Origin: Scyliorhinus canicula
Taxonomy: Eukaryota
DNA: 64,000 nt
Reading direction: 5' to 3'
NCBI RefSeq assembly: GCF_902713615.1
Contig: NC_052164.1
Span: forward strand, 16,653,360-16,717,359
Positions 35,950 to 49,915 of the stretch are shown here, one piece after another. A program made the position numbers and the translations under genes. Every line of letters begins with the position of its first letter. Positions within the stretch are counted from its first letter, which is position 1. The notes under the pieces are model-generated. The model was not told the DNA's origin. It did no database searches and saw nothing but the letters and a program-made list of their open reading frames with translations.

Positions 35950-36173
35950 AAAAAAAAAAAAATTTAGAGTGCCCAATTCATTTTTCCCAATTAATGGGCA
36001 ATTTAGCGTGGCCTATCCACCTACCATGCAGAACTTTGGGTTGTGGGGACAAAACCCACGTAACACGGGAGAATGTGCAAACTCCACGTGGACAGTGACC
36101 CAGAACCGGGATCGAACCGGGGACCTCAGCGGCGTGGGGCAGCAGTGCTAACCGCTGTGTCACCGTGCTGCCT
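35950..36173 (-). mobile_element. Short A-tailed tRNA-derived SINE
   Basis: Same family as 25077-25302; aaaaataaag repeated on both flanks. Confidence 0.85.
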
Positions 36174-36349
36174 GGAAAAATAAAGTTGTGTATAATGCAA
36201 CGACTAGGCACTTACTTCAATTTACCCTCAATTTTGACACTCATTTTTATGTGATGAAACGCAAGGCAGGGAAAATCGATGTAAAAATCTGGCTCAAACT
36301 GAACTAAAGCCTGTTTACAACATTGATATCTGGAATGAGTGGGCTGTCT

Positions 36350-36803
36350 TTTGATAATATGTCAGAAAGGCTGGGTCTGTTTCCACTAGAGTTCAGAAGG
36401 TGAGGGGTGACTTGATTGAAGTATGTAAGATCCTGAACAGTATTGACAAGGCGGACATGGAAAAGATGTTTCCTTTTGTGGGTGAGTCCACCACTAGGGG
36501 CACTGTCTTAAAATTAGGTGTCGCCCTTTTAGCATAGAGATGAAGAGAATTTCTTTCTCTCAGAATGTTGTGTGACTTTGGAACTCTCTGCCCCAGAGGG
36601 CAGGCGGAGGTGGGAGTCACTGCATATTTTTCAGGCGGAGTTGGAAAGGTTCTTGTTGGGCCAAGGAATCAAAGGTTAGCGGAGGTAGATGGGGAATGTG
36701 GATCTCAACACATACACATCAGCCATGATCTTATTGAATGTGCGGAGAAGGCTCGAGGGGCTGAAAGGCCTACCCCTGCTCCTATTTCGTACTTTCGTAT
36801 GTT
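36350..36803 (+). mobile_element. CR1-type LINE 3' end
   Basis: Remnants of LGLFPLE...RGDLIEVCKIL; tail ggctcgaggggctgaaaggcctacccctgctccta. Confidence 0.75.
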
Positions 36804-37179
36804 CGGAACAAGTCAAAACATTTTACTGACCTATATCAATCCAAATTTTTACTTCTTTTTAAACGGCAATATTATTTTAAAAAACAGAAGAGTTAAAATA
36901 TGAACCTCCTGAGCACTTAAAAAAAACTGCTGTTGATACATTTTGATATGAGATTTGCAAAGTGGAAAATTATTAATAAATGACTAATAAATGTGGAATC
37001 AGACCACTCACAAGTAGCTATTCAGTCTATTATGCCAGTGTCAACTCTTTGAAAGAGCTGCCCAATCACCCCCAACTCCATTCTCTTCACCACATGCTCC
37101 GTAAATGATTTATTTTCAAATATATCAAAATCACTTTTGAATACTGCCCATTATTTTACAATCTCCTATCAAAACTCTA

Positions 37180-38030
37180 GTGGTTGGATTCTCCCTGCTG
37201 CCGTGGGGCAGGATTTTTGGACTTCCGCAACAGCAAAACCGGCACAGCACCTGGACTGATTCAGCGACTGTTAAGGGGCTAGACCAGTGTGACGTGGAGC
37301 ACAATCAATTCCAGGGAGAAACAATACCGGATTCTCCGGATTCGCGATTGACACTCAGGAGGCCGACAAGCTGCAGCCACCTACACACACCACTCCCCAT
37401 ACACACCATCCCAGCCAACAAGATTGCACTGGTTGCGCTGGAGTGTACCCATCTGGCTGATGGGTAGGTTGGGGCCAGAGGCCACCTAGGGGGAACATCC
37501 ATACGATCCATGGTCCTAAGTTAACAATGGGCAGCCATTGTTAACTGGGCAGACAGTGACATGCCCAGCTGGATGGCTGCTTGCAGGCTGCGGCAATGAT
37601 GTTCTGTGCGCGTCAACCTCGATTCCACCTCCTGGCCACACCCCCGCTACTCCCCCCAGCCCTGGCAGAAGCCCCCTGACCAGTGGTACAACTGTCAGAA
37701 AACTATGGCGATGTTGGACACTTTCCATAACCCCGCTCTCTCCCTCAGAGAGATTTTCACGATTTTTAAAAGCATAAGTGAACTTCACTGCTGGGAACTC
37801 GGCCCATCGGAGGCGAGAATCGCTGAGGTCCCGGAGAATATTGGGCTGCTAATGATGTGGCAAGGGCCTTTACTGTACATGCATTCTGGAATGCATTGAC
37901 GTCACTGTCGATGCGACGGAGAGTTACAATTTGGTCAATCGGCGGCCACCATGATTTTGGCTTTGGAACCGATTCTCCGCCCATTCACGTTTCCCGATTC
38001 CAGTGTCGGCCGACGGAGAAACTGGCCCTG
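37180..38030. mobile_element. Degenerate GC-rich MITE-like element related to 42509-44389
   Basis: Ends ggttggattctcc ... ggagaaactggccc; internal ggattctcc repeats. Confidence 0.45.
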
Positions 38031-38199
38031 GGTGCCTTGTGCAGTGGAGAAAGCACATTAATCATTTGTGGTCACTACATTCGGGGAAAGACTACCATCC
38101 CACCTGAGGTGTTGCTGACTGAGCGGGAGGGAGGCGGGCTCTGTATTTATAAGTGTGACGGGGTAGATATTGTTAAGTAAAGAACTTTGCACTCTACAC

Positions 38200-38930
38200 C
38201 AATGTTCTTCAAAGTTGGGGGTGCGACCCGCGGGTGGGTGTCAAGAGTGTCACGGAGCTGTTGTCTGCGGCGCTCCCGATCGCGCAAATCCCCGCACAGC
38301 AGCTGGCTTTTCATAACGGCAGCTGCAAGCGGCCTCGAACATGTTATAAAAAAAATTTGGCCACATTGCGCATGCGTGCTGATAATCGGGCACGCATGTG
38401 CAGTGCGGCTGCTATTTTTTTAAACGTTTGCAACTTTTTGTTTTACAAGTTCTGTAGTGGTTTTTATTCATTTATTCATTTATTTTATTCATTAAAAAAA
38501 TTTTTTCATTTATTTAATTCATTTTATTTTTATTTTTTTCATTTATTTTACTAATTTTATTTTTTTGTTTACAAGTTCGGGGGGGGGGGTTTATTTGATA
38601 AAATTTTTCAGGAAAAAAATTCAGAACTTTGGACAGTTGGAGACTCCATTCCGACACAGGAAGGCTTCACCTTCATCCAACAGGTTCCATTGGAGGAGCG
38701 TGTCCGAGGGCCAAAGGGACCCCAAACCATTTCCTCCATTTTTGTCAGCAACAAACAAGGTGAGAGAAAATGGTGGGTCACGCAGATCGGCGGGCGTGGG
38801 TCGCGCAGGTCGGCCGGCGTGGGTCGCTCAGGTCGGCCGGCGTGGGTCGCTCAGGTTGGCTGGCGTGGGTGGCGAAGGTTGGACGGTTGGTAAAAATGGG
38901 TCCCTGGAAAAAAAAGTTTGAAGAACACTG
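38200..38930 (+). mobile_element. Non-autonomous hAT (Charlie-type) DNA transposon
   Basis: TIRs caatgttcttcaaa / tttgaagaacactg; perfect 8-bp TSD ctctacac (38192-38199, 38931-38938); ~24-bp subterminal tandem repeats at 38793-38875. Confidence 0.9.
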
Positions 38931-39574
38931 CTCTACACAAGACATCCAAATATTTTGGAGATGTCGAAACTGTGGAAGGGCAACAGAAACAAAGACGGCA
39001 ATGTGGGAGGTCACCTCGATCCGAGCCGCAAATGAGGACTCGATATATTTCCCTTTTGAAATTATTTTGAAACTATTAAGGGAATTAACGAGATGGATTT
39101 GGAGTGCTGTGCAGTACCGGAGTGCACGCTTCCAAAATAAAGAAATCACCGCCTCAGCTGATTTACTGGTTAGTTAGTATCATATGAAACAGTGCCCCCT
39201 ACTGGAAAGAGCAGCAGAAGTATAATTAATAGGTTAGCAAGTACTGTACATTATTCCTGAGCTTGTATCAAACTGTGCAGCACAGTCAACATACTATAAT
39301 GGTCAAATGCAGCTGCTTAAGTGACAACAAGGCTAATAGCACTCACCATGATCTCTGTGAAAATGCCACAACATCAGGCAGTTCAATGCGGAAATTGAAA
39401 AGTTTCCGTGTGCCGTGAACTTTGGAGAAACAGCATCTCGGTCTGGTTCCACATTCAATTACATTCACTGGGCAGTGTGAGGTTTCCTACACTTGCACAG
39501 TACATCCAAATTAAACTCATCATGAGAATTTAAGCCATTTTGTTAGTGTTAAGAATCTTTTTTTCAGCAGATTA

Positions 39575-39832
39575 GAACCATAGAATCCCGACAGTGCAAA
39601 AGGAGGCCATTCAGCCCATCGAGTCTGCACCGACCCTCGGAGAGAGCACCCTACCCAGACCCACTCTCATCCCTGTAACCCCGACTAACCAGCACATCCC
39701 TGGACACTAAGGGGCAATTTATATCATGGCCAACCCACCCAACCTGCACATCTGTGGACAGTCACCCAAGGCTGGAATTGGACCCTGGGTCCCCGGAGCT
39801 GTGAGGCTGACCACGGTGCTACCATGCTGCCA
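39575..39832 (-). mobile_element. Degenerate tRNA-derived SINE with CR1-like tail
   Basis: ccatagaatcc..cagtgca.aaggaggccattcagcccatcgagtctgcaccg tail plus SINE core. Confidence 0.7.
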
Positions 39833-40169
39833 AACTGGTTAAACACTAATTTCTACTAATTAACCTTTCTGGTACCGGAAATTAAGCTTTATAAGTTTTA
39901 AAATCTTATTCCCTTGGGTTTTAATTGCTGTTGGACTTTTAAAAAACTTTTTAAAAACTTATTTTCTCCCTACTAATCCAATTTTACTTTCCCTTTCTTT
40001 AGTTCTCTTCCTCTAACTGATTTGACATTGAATTCACCACTCTAAAGTGGACTTCATGCCAGTCTTTCTTCTTATAATTTCAGAATCTTTTAATCTGTTT
40101 GGTTGAAGGAGGTAGCCAATTGCTTCACGCACTTTTAAAGAGGACACCCAGACATTTCCATGAAACACT

Positions 40170-40682
40170 CCCAGCAGCAGACATCGTATTTGGCTGCATC
40201 ACAGCCTGCTGCAGCAACTGCTTGGCCCAAGACTACAAGAAACTTCAGAGTCAGACACACAGCCTAGTCTATCACACAAAACTGCCTCCCATCCATTGAC
40301 TCCACCTACACCTCCCGCTGCCTTGGGAAAGCCGGCAGCATAATCAGACGGCTTCCACTGGCTTACTCACTCTTCCAACTTCTTCCATCGGGCAGGAGAT
40401 ACAAAAGTCTGAGAACACGCAAGAACAGATTCAAAAACAGCTTCTTCCCCGCTGTTACCAGATTCCTGAATGACCCTCTTATGGACCGACCTGATTAATA
40501 CTCCACTCCTGTTTGCTTCACCGATGCTGGTGTCTATGTATTTACATTGTGCACCTTGCGTTGCCCTATTATGTATTTTCTTTTCATGTACAAAATTATC
40601 TGTTTGAGCTGCTCACAGAAAAATACTTTTCACTGTACCTCGGTACACATGACAATAAACAAATGAAATCCAATCCAATCTA
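40170..40682 (+). mobile_element. Rex1/Babar-type LINE 3' end
   Basis: GCITAC.SNC.AQD.KKLQ and RT.RFKNSFFP remnants; ends AATAAA plus (CCAAT)n. Confidence 0.7.
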
Positions 40683-41854
40683 ACATTAAAAAGACAAGGA
40701 TGTGCTTGGGAACCGCTTATTGACCGACCACAGCAATATTTTGCATTGTTCTATTAGCAGAAATCAGACAGTTTATCTCTGGCACCTTGCATTTCGCACT
40801 GTCGTATTAACAAAAAACAATTAACTGGGAGACAGGTTAATCCTACTGGATCTGAGCTGGAGATACTGAACCTATGGAGTTTCGGTACAGGCAACCAGCT
40901 ATCTTCCACAGAGACAGAAAGTTCATGCTACTCAAGTAACCAGTACTCACAATGAAGTTGGAGGACTGGACCACATTGAAGACCAATCAAATTCTTGCCC
41001 ATTGTTCACACATCACAACACTTCCCTCAGGTACCAACCACCCTTTAGCAATCAAGTTTGGGAAAACTTTGCTGACATTTTCTTCCTAACTGCTGAGTTC
41101 TGCAAGCATTGCTTGGTGATTCAGCTCCTGTCTCACTCGAACCAATAGCCTCGGGCTCTGGAAAGAGCCTGAAGATTTAATTCAGCAGTGTCACTGGCTT
41201 ATCAACACATGTACCATAAAGTGAGGAGGACCACTGTTCAGCGAAATGCTTCGTTGGGGTCCTGGTTTAATCTATATCACTAGTGTATTCATTTTATCCA
41301 AAACTTTAAAATAACTACAAATATATTGTGCTTTCTTTATTCAATTTAAAACTGTCCCAGGGTCTTCATTTTCAATGAAATGTGTCAGATACATAAATAC
41401 TTATATTCTTAAACAACATGGCCACAGAATTAAGGTTTTAAATTACTGATTTAGCTGACCTCTGTGTTTGGAATTCGTAATTTAATAAGGACATGGGACG
41501 TTCACAGTGAGTAAAGCAAATAACTAGCTTTATGTACAATACGGTGTATACACTTCCTGGTAGATCCCTCCCGGGTCTCTCTCTGGTTGGTGTCTTACTA
41601 GCCGACCTTTTATACATTGCTAAATTAGAGTTCTCCTGCCCCTAGTGGGGAAGCTCGTACACTGCGAGAACCATGCGGAAGATAATCATTCCCACCCCAT
41701 AGTACCCGAACGGGATAATATCCGTAACTAATTACGCTGTGCACCTGATCTCCTCACCAAAGTAGTAATATTTTTACTATTTCAGGCTCAAAAGAAAAAG
41801 AATCAAACTGCACTGAAACTTCCTGGTGTGAAAAATAACCATGAATAGATCATG

Positions 41855-42410
41855 AAAGTGGTTAGCACTGCTGCCTCATAGAACATAGAACATAGAACAG
41901 TACAGCACAGAACAGGCCCTTCGGCCCTCGATGTTGTGCCGAGCAATGATCACCCTACTCAAACCAACGTATCCACCCTATACCAGTAACCCCACCCCAT
42001 TAACCTTATTTTTTAGGACACTAAGGGCAATTTAGCATGGCCAATCCACCTAACCCGCACATCTTTGGACTGTGGGAGGAAACTGGAGTACCCGGAGGAA
42101 ACCCACGCACACACGGGGAGGACGTGCAGACTCCGCACAATCAGTGACCCAAGCCGGAATCGAACCTGGGACCCTGGAGCTGTGAAGCATTTATGCTAAC
42201 CACTATGCTACCGTGCTGCCCTCATGGCGGCGAGGACCCCGGGTTCGATCCCGGCTCTGAGTCACTGTCCATGTGGAGTTTGCACATTCTCTTAGTGTTT
42301 GCGTGGGTCTCACCCCCACAACCGAAAGATGTGCAGGCAAGGTGGATTGGTCCCGCTACACTGCCCCTCAATTGGAAAAGAATAATTGGGCACTCTTGAT
42401 TTATTTTAAA
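41855..42410. mobile_element. Nested SINEs: long-tail SINE (41879-42220, minus) inserted into a short A-tailed SINE (plus)
   Basis: Host head gtggttagcactgctgcctcat resumes as tcatggcggcgaggacccc after the insert. Confidence 0.8.
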
Positions 42411-42508
42411 AAATGAATAGGCCATGAATGACCTAATTTCCTGTTGGGCCCACCATCCATGTTCTTTCACTGCGATTCACAGACATTCAAAATGAAAACA
42501 TAAACTGA

Positions 42509-44389
42509 GGGCTGGATTCTCCAATGCTCGTCACCGAAATCAGGAATGGCGATCGGGCGGAGAATGTCCCCCGACGCCGGAATCGGGGCAGGCGCCGATT
42601 TGACACCGGGTCATGATGCACCGCCCCCCCTCCTAAACGGCTTTATCGGGGCGCACGCCGCACACTGCCGCAACCCCGTTGGAATATCATTAGCGGGGTC
42701 GCCTGCGATGCTCCGCCTCTGATGGGCTGAGTTCCCGACAGCGCGTGCAGACAGTGTCCAGCGCCGCCATTCTCGGCCGTAATCCGTGCCGCTGGCCAGG
42801 GTCTTCTGCCAGGGCTGGGAGGAGTGGTGGGGGGGTGGCAGCCAGGAAGTGGGCTGTGGGGTCGGGATGGGCGGGTACGCGGTTCAGCACGGCCGGAGCC
42901 ATCTTTACCGGCACGATCGGTAAGTGTGTGTGGGGGTGTATGCATTTAAAAAAATATATATTTTTTATTCTCCTTTTTCACATTTTCTCCCAAATTTACA
43001 CCCACCAACAACAAACATTAATCAGTAACAAATATGTCAATCCCCATATCAATAACAACAATCACATCCTCCCACCAAACCTCAAACATTAGCCCGCATG
43101 TTCACCTTAACAAATGACAAAAAGGAATCAGGAATCACCCATAGTCACCTTAATATACACCGCCCCCCTCCCCCCAACCTTCCCACCCAACCCCCCAACT
43201 AATGTTCGATGTTATCCAGTTCTTGAAAGTGCATAATGAATAATGCCCATGAATTGTAGAACCCCTCCATCCTCCAGTTCAAACCTAAACCTTCGCAAGA
43301 GTCAAGAATTCCAACAGATCCCCCCGCCACGCCAGACCACAGGGTTGTGAGATTGCCGTCCATCCCATCAGGATCCGCCTTCGGGTGATCAACGAGGCGA
43401 AGGCTACAACATCTGCCTCCGCACCCGTTTCCAACCCTGGCTGGTCCGACACCCCGAATATGGCCTCCCGGGGACCCGGGTCCAGTTTCACGTGGACCAT
43501 CTTGGAAATTACCCTAAAAACCTCTTTCCAGTAGCCCTCTAGCTTAGGACAGGACCAAAACATATGAACGTGATTAGCGGGCCTCCCCCCGCAATGTTCA
43601 CACACATCTTCTACTCCTTCAAAGAATCGGCTCATCCTCGCCCTCGTGAGGTGTGCTCTGTTCAGCCCCAACCTCGCACATGAGGTGGAGGCATTCACTC
43701 TCCGGAGCACCTATCACCAGAACCCCTCCTCCATATCCTCTCCCAACTCTTCCTCCCACTTTGCTTTGATCCCATCCAGTGGTGCCTTATCCTCTTCCAA
43801 AATAGCTCCACAAACCGCTGACACTACCCCCTTCTCCAGTCCCCCTGTCGTCAGCACCTCCTCCAGCAATGTGGAGACCGGCTCCACTGGGACGCTCTGT
43901 ATCTCCTTTCTGGCAAAATCTCGAACCTGCATGTATCTAAACATTTCCCCCTGCTCCAGCCCATACTTCGCTTCCAGCTCCTTCAGCCCTGCAAACCGAC
44001 CCATAAGAAACAAATCTTTTGGTGTCTTAATCCTCTTCTCCTCCCATTTCCGAAAATTTCCATCCCACCTCCCTGGCTCAAATCTGTGGTTTCCCCCCGA
44101 ATCGGCATTTCCCTTGACCCTGGCCCCAACCTGAAATGCTGGCGAAACTGCCTCCAAATTGTCGGGGTGTGTGCATATGCGCGGCTGCAGTTTGTCAGCC
44201 CTGCGCATGTGCAGCACGGGACCCAGCGATTCTTCAACTGTTTTCCGCGCGTTACGCGGGTGTTTTAGGCAGCCGGTGCAAGCCCCTCACTGGTAGTGGA
44301 ATCGCTGAGCGTTTCGGGCTGATTGTCCCTTCATGAAACACCACGGATCCTCCATTGGCACTTAGCCTCAGGAACGGAGAATCCAGCCC
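42509..44389. mobile_element. GC-rich MITE with 14-bp TIRs (PIF/Harbinger-like), split by an L1 insertion
   Basis: gggctggattctcc at 42509-42522 and ggagaatccagccc at 44376-44389; flanked by tga / tca. Confidence 0.65.
42946..44163 (-). mobile_element. 5'-truncated L1 3' fragment with ~13-bp TSD
   Basis: ORFs with CEHC...HVHMFWSC; T-rich tail; TSD ggggtgt(a/g)tgcat at 42933-42945 and 44164-44176. Confidence 0.85.
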
Positions 44390-45111
44390 TCAATTATTTT
44401 TTTTGACATGAGGATCTGGTACATTTGTAATGTTCGAAATAATTGTCAGAACAAAAGTGCTTCAGACAAGCCTCTCCTCCTTATGCCACTGAGTTAGCAC
44501 ATTCCAGAATTGTGCCCCTTCTCATTGGCTATAGTGTTGGTGATGCTGTGTTACAGATTATTCGGAGAATCTCAGTTCCTGTAGCAACATGCACTTTTTA
44601 ACCTGCGTGGTGTATTCTGGAGCTATGGATACGTGATGGTAGAGGTTCCAACTTCCTTACCATCACACGGCTGACAGGCTAACACGTCTGTCATTGGCGT
44701 GTGTTGGAAAGACTTGCAAGCTGCTACTCACTGTTTGGCTGTGTTATGAACGCACCTTCCTTGACCGTCACGTCCTGTGGTGGGACTCAAACGCTGGCAA
44801 TGTTAGTTCCTCCTTAATGCAATGCTGAGGTTTTATGATAAATTACCACTCACATCTAAAACATGTCAAACTTCAGTTAATGCCGTAAGGGTTTGGGCTT
44901 CTTACAGTAGAATGTATAAAACATGAGTTCTGGATGCTCAGAGATTGAAGACTGGGAGGTTTCAGCAGTGAAGGTTTTCTGGGCACTGGTAAGAGTTATG
45001 AAAGGCAAAGAAAAGTGCTGAGCAGTCACATTTCCCAATCCTGACACCTGCACCAGCATCCTGAGTACTGACAGACTTTAACCAATTTTAGTACAACACA
45101 CAGAAGCAGGT

Positions 45112-45225
45112 AAGCAAAATACAATGCATGCTGGAATTTGAAGCAAGAACAGCGAATGCTGGAAAATCTCAACACGTCCGGCAACATCTGTAAGGAGAGA
45201 AAACAGGGTTAATGTTTTCGACGCA
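45112..45225. mobile_element. Short repeat fragment, probably Penelope-like, inside the pseudogene
   Basis: gcaaaatac..gcatgctggaa..tgaa..aagaacag..aatgctggaaaatctca motif, recognised from memory as a common shark repeat. Confidence 0.45.
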
Positions 45226-45290
45226 GAAACAAGTGGTGGAAATGGAGAACAGAATGGGCAGGACTTAGAGAAGGACTTTTCAGACCTGAT

Positions 45291-45603
45291 GGGCGGCACG
45301 GTCGCACAGTGGTTGCTTCACAGCTCCAGCGTCCCAGGTTCGATTCCCGGCTTGGGTCACTGTCTGTGGAGAGTCTGCACATTCTCCCCGTGTCTGCGTG
45401 GGTTTCCTCCGGGTGCTCCGGTTTCCTCCCGCAGTCCAGAGATGTGCAGGTTAGATGGATTGGCCGTGATCAATTGCCCATAGAGTCCAAAGAAAAAGGT
45501 TGGGGTTACGGGGATAGGGTGGAGGTAGGTAAGGTTATCTTTCCAGGGGCCGGTGCAGACTCGATGGGCTGAATGGCCTCCTTCTGCACTGTAGATTCTA
45601 TGA
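45291..45603 (+). mobile_element. tRNA-derived SINE inserted in the hsp30 pseudogene
   Basis: gggcggcacgg head, B box ggttcgattcc, tail ...gcactgtagattctatga; splits agacctgat|...taatgaaga. Confidence 0.85.
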
Positions 45604-46847
45604 CATTAATGAAGATGGTAAAAAACAATCAAGGGACAAGGATGGAGATGGATTTTCTCTGTCCCTGGATGTGCAGCGATATTCCCCGGAAGAACTGAAG
45701 GTGAAAGAACTTGGAGGGAAAGTACTGGTGTCTGGAAGCTGCAATATGAAAAGCCATTATGGCAGCGGCTCTTACAGCTACAAATATGAAGAGTCCAGGA
45801 GAGGATTTCAGCTGCCAGACGGTGTCGATGTTGAAGCTCTTAACTGCTGTTTGTCACAGAACGATTGGTTAAAGGTTCAAGCCCCATGACTGGCACTGCC
45901 AGCTGTGAATGAACGGGCCATCCCTATTGATATCACCTCTGATACAACATTACTGCCCAATCAGGCGTTGGCACATAGAAGTAGGGACTGAATGACTGCA
46001 ATGTTAAAGTTAATGAGAGGTGTGGGAGGAATAGAATGGGACAATTTGAAGTGATCAAGTCGACACATGTTTCCTATACCCACAGTTTAATCTGGGCAAA
46101 TGTTGCATAAAAACCTCAATATGTGTGAGTGACAAAGAGATTGAATTTGATATTCCTAGTAATTGGCTTCATTGTTCTTCTTCTTGGAATTTTATATTTG
46201 CAGTAAATTTCTTCTCAAATACTGGCACAAGGGGCAAAACAGAACAGGTAAATAACAGGAGAGAGAAAGATACAAACATGTTTTAACTTGAATTTAGATA
46301 CGGAGTGACTTAATGTCGTAAAACATCCCAAGGCACTTTCCAGGAGTATTATCAAACAAAATTTGTTTTCAGGAGATATTATGACAACTGGCCAATGGGT
46401 TGGCCGTAGATGTAGATTTTATTTCACGGGAACGTCATTGCAGTGTTGATGTAAGCCTACTTGTGACAATAATAAATATTATTATTATTAAGGAGTATTT
46501 TCAAGTAGAAGAGAGCGATGGAGAGACAGAGAGGTTAGAGGAGGAAATTCCAGACATTAGTTCCCAAAATCAGGGATTCACAAGGAGCTTGGACTGGAGG
46601 AGCACAGTTGTGGGATTGGAGGAGGTCACAGAGATAGGAAGGGACAAGACCATAGAGGGATTTGGAAAAAAAGATTGAAGCATTGCTGGACTAGGAACCA
46701 ATAAAGGTCAATAAAGGAATCAAGTGCGTTGCAATCATTATATTGCCAAATATGGCAAAAATTGCAACACAGAATAGTTTTACGCTAGGCCCCCCATCTT
46801 CTTATTTGATGTGCAACAAGAATTAGATTCCTTCAAATAAGTAAGTA

Positions 46848-47775
46848 CATAAGAAGGGGAGCAAGAGTAGGCCATATGGTCCTTCAAGCTCACTCTGCCA
46901 TTCAATAAGATCATGGTTGATCAAATTGTGGCCTTAATCCCATTTACCCACCAGCCACCCCCAACCTCAGCCCACCCCAAAGACCTTGACTCCCTCGTTG
47001 ATCAAAAGTCCATCTAACTAAGTCTTGAATATATTCAATGACCCAGATCCACTGCTCTCTGAGGAAGAGAATTCCAAAGACTAATGATCCTCTGAGAAGA
47101 AATTCCTCCTCATCTCACTCTTAAATGGGGGAGCCCTCATTTTTATATTGTGCCCCCTCTTCCCAGATTCCTCCACGAGGGGAAATATCCCTTCTGAATC
47201 TTACATCTTTCAATAAGCATACTCATGCTTCTAAACTCCAATTGGTATAGGCTCAGTCTGCTGAACCTTCCCTCAGGGGATGTCCCTTCATCCCAATAAT
47301 CAGCCTCATGAATCTTCTTTGAACTGCTTCAAATGCAAGGTTACCCCTCCTTGTGGGGAGGGGCAGTTAGCTCAGTTGGCTGGGTGGCTGGTTCCAGATG
47401 CGGAGAAATGCCACCAAAACAGGATCAATTCCCGTGCTGGCCAAGGTTATTCATCACTTCTCGACCGTTCTCAACACAGTCACAGTCTGAGGATTCAGGG
47501 TAAACCATTTCGGACAGAGATGAGGAGAGATTTCTTTACCCAAAGAGTGGTGAGCCTGTGGAATTCATTGCCACAGGAAGTAGTTGCTGCTAAAACATTG
47601 AATATACTCATGAGGCAGCTAGATATAGCACTTCGGGAGAATGGGATCAAAGACAATGGGGAGAAAGCAGGATAAGGCTATTGAGTTGGATGATCAACCA
47701 TGATCGTGATAAATAGCAGAGCAGGCTCGAAGGGCCAAAAGGCCTCCTCCTGCTCCTATTTTCTATGTATCTATG
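46848..47775. mobile_element. Two CR1 3'-end fragments in opposite orientations (46848-47335 minus; 47480-47775 plus)
   Basis: FRTEMRRDFFTQRVVSLWNSLP motif and CR1-type tails. Confidence 0.75.
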
Positions 47776-48774
47776 AATCGCCTGAGCTGTGGTGACCTGC
47801 AGGTTAATTCACCACGAAGGGAGACACAGCAACAAAGGTTAGCACTGCTACCTACGGCGCTGAGGATTCGGGTTCGATCCTGGCCCCGGGTCACTGTCTG
47901 TGTGGAGTTTGCACATTGTCCCCATGTCTGCGTGGGATTCACCCAGTTTAGGTGGATTGGTCACGCTAAATTGTCCCTTAATTTGAAAAAAAATTGGGTA
48001 CTCTAAATTTATATTAAAACATTTTTTTAAACAATCATCATGAGTCAGCTCTCTCTCAAAGGGGAGAGCAGCTGTGGGTCTGTGGTGGCATTTTACTTTA
48101 CAGAATTTACACCCCTCCTTAAGTACGGTGAGAAAAATTGTACACAGTGCTCGGGAATTCAATGTGCCTGGGAAATGTGTTGACCCTCTGGATTTATGTG
48201 CTTTTTACAATATTGGCAAAATCAAATTACCAAATTAGAGGGTACCTATTAGCTTTAAACTTTTAAGTTGTTCTATGTGCCAAGAGGGAACATGAAATGT
48301 TTGTGGACATCAATGTAAAATAAAGTCGCAGTTTCTGTCTTTGGTTTTGCACATCTCGTGTGTCAACCTTTGCTCCACAGAAATGGCTGATGTTTTTTTT
48401 CACACAGTGGTTTTACATTCAGTAAGGGGCTGCAACAGGAGGCGGAAAGAATGCTCACCAAACATCAGATGAGACTTGAACTATCAGCTGCGAGAGGGAC
48501 TACAGATCACAGGAGAATAGTCAAAACAGAAAATGCTGCTTCAGAAAGGCAGGTGCTCCATGTCCACTCCAAAAGTTATGAACACTGCCTTGCGTATCCA
48601 TTAGCACGACAAAATCACTCATTCTCCATTGCTTCCGCAACGTCACATTAAAGGCGAGAAAGATATTGGTTCTTTACAACAAACTGTCAACCCCAAGATG
48701 TTGAAACCACTTTAAGAATGTGATCATAATTTCCCATCCAGGTCATCAAGCGAGCTATATTGAAGCTCAAAATA

Positions 48775-49915
48775 CTCCGTATTTTTTTAAAACTCTTTTT
48801 ATTTTCCTCACTTTCAACATTTTCAGCAAATAAACAACAAAAGAAAAACACACAAGAAACAAATACAATAATAAGGCCCCCCCCCAAAAAAAAGCACCCC
48901 CTGAATATACAGGAATAAACATCCACTCGTGCGTTCCAAGTAAAAAATTAACAGTCAATCAGTAAACAGTGCAATCAAAACAACAATAACCCCTACCCAT
49001 CCCCCCCCCCCCCTTCCCTAATATTCGATTGGAACCAGTTCTCGGAATCTCGGAAATACATGATAAACAGTCCCCATGAATTGTTCTACCCCTCCTTCAT
49101 CCCCCTCAGCTCAAACTTCACCTTCTCAATAGTCAGATATTTAAATAAGCCCCCCTCCCTCCGCCAAGCCGAGATACAGGGTGGAGAAGCTGACCTCCAC
49201 CCCAACAGGACCCGCCTCCGGGCAAACAAAGAGGCGAAGGCTGAAACATCTGCCCCCGCATCTGCCTGCAGCCCGCGCTGGTCCGACCCCCCGAATTTGG
49301 CTTCTAGGGGCCCTGGTTCCAAGTTCACGTGTACTACCCCCGAGATGACACTGAAATCCTCCCTACAGTAACTCTCCAGCTTCGGATGGACCAAAACATA
49401 TGCACATGGTGTGCGGGCTCCTCCCACAATGCCCACATGCGCCCTCCACTTCCTCAAAGAGTTGGTTCAGCCTCGCCCTTGTGAGGTGCGCCTCACACAC
49501 AACCTTCAGCTGTATTAGCCTCAATCTCACGCATGAGGTTGAGGCATTCACACTCCAGAGCAACTTACACCACAAACCATCTTCCATAACTTCCCCCAAC
49601 TCTTCCTCCCGCTTGGCTTTAATCCATTCCAGGGCACCCTGTCCTTCCCCAAAATCCTTCCGGAGATCACCAACACTACCCCCTTCTCCATTCCCCCTGC
49701 CGTCAATACCTCTTCCAACAACAAGAGGGTTGGCGCTATCGGGAAGCTCTGAACCTCCTTTCTAGCAAAGTCTCAGAGCTGCACTTACCTAAACCCTTCC
49801 CCTTGCCCCAGTTCATATTTCTCACCCAACTCTTCCAGCCTCGCAAAATGTCTGCCCTGATCCCCCTCTCCTCCCATCTCCGAAACCTCCCGTCTGGCCT
49901 CCCGGCTCAAACCTG
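48775..49915 (-). mobile_element. Old L1 3' fragment
   Basis: VNASTSCVRL.LIQLKVV, ADVSAFASL.ARRRVLLGW; T-rich tail. Confidence 0.8.

Larger units (their letters stand above)
44890..45980 (+). pseudogene. hsp30: Divergent hsp30 pseudogene (copy 9): GTG in place of ATG, stops, Penelope-like and SINE insertions
   Basis: Promoter remnant cagtagaatgtataaaa; gtgctgagc at 45015; alpha-crystallin remnant 45610-45889 (DKDGDGFSLSLDVQRYSPEELKVK...LKVQAP*). Confidence 0.85.

Noticed and set aside
38793-38875. Short regular repeats resembling a CRISPR array
   Set aside because: No unique spacers, eukaryotic context; subterminal tandem repeats of a hAT element
41462-41720. Possible additional small solo LTR
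   Set aside because: LTR-like composition, but no TSD or termini could be established
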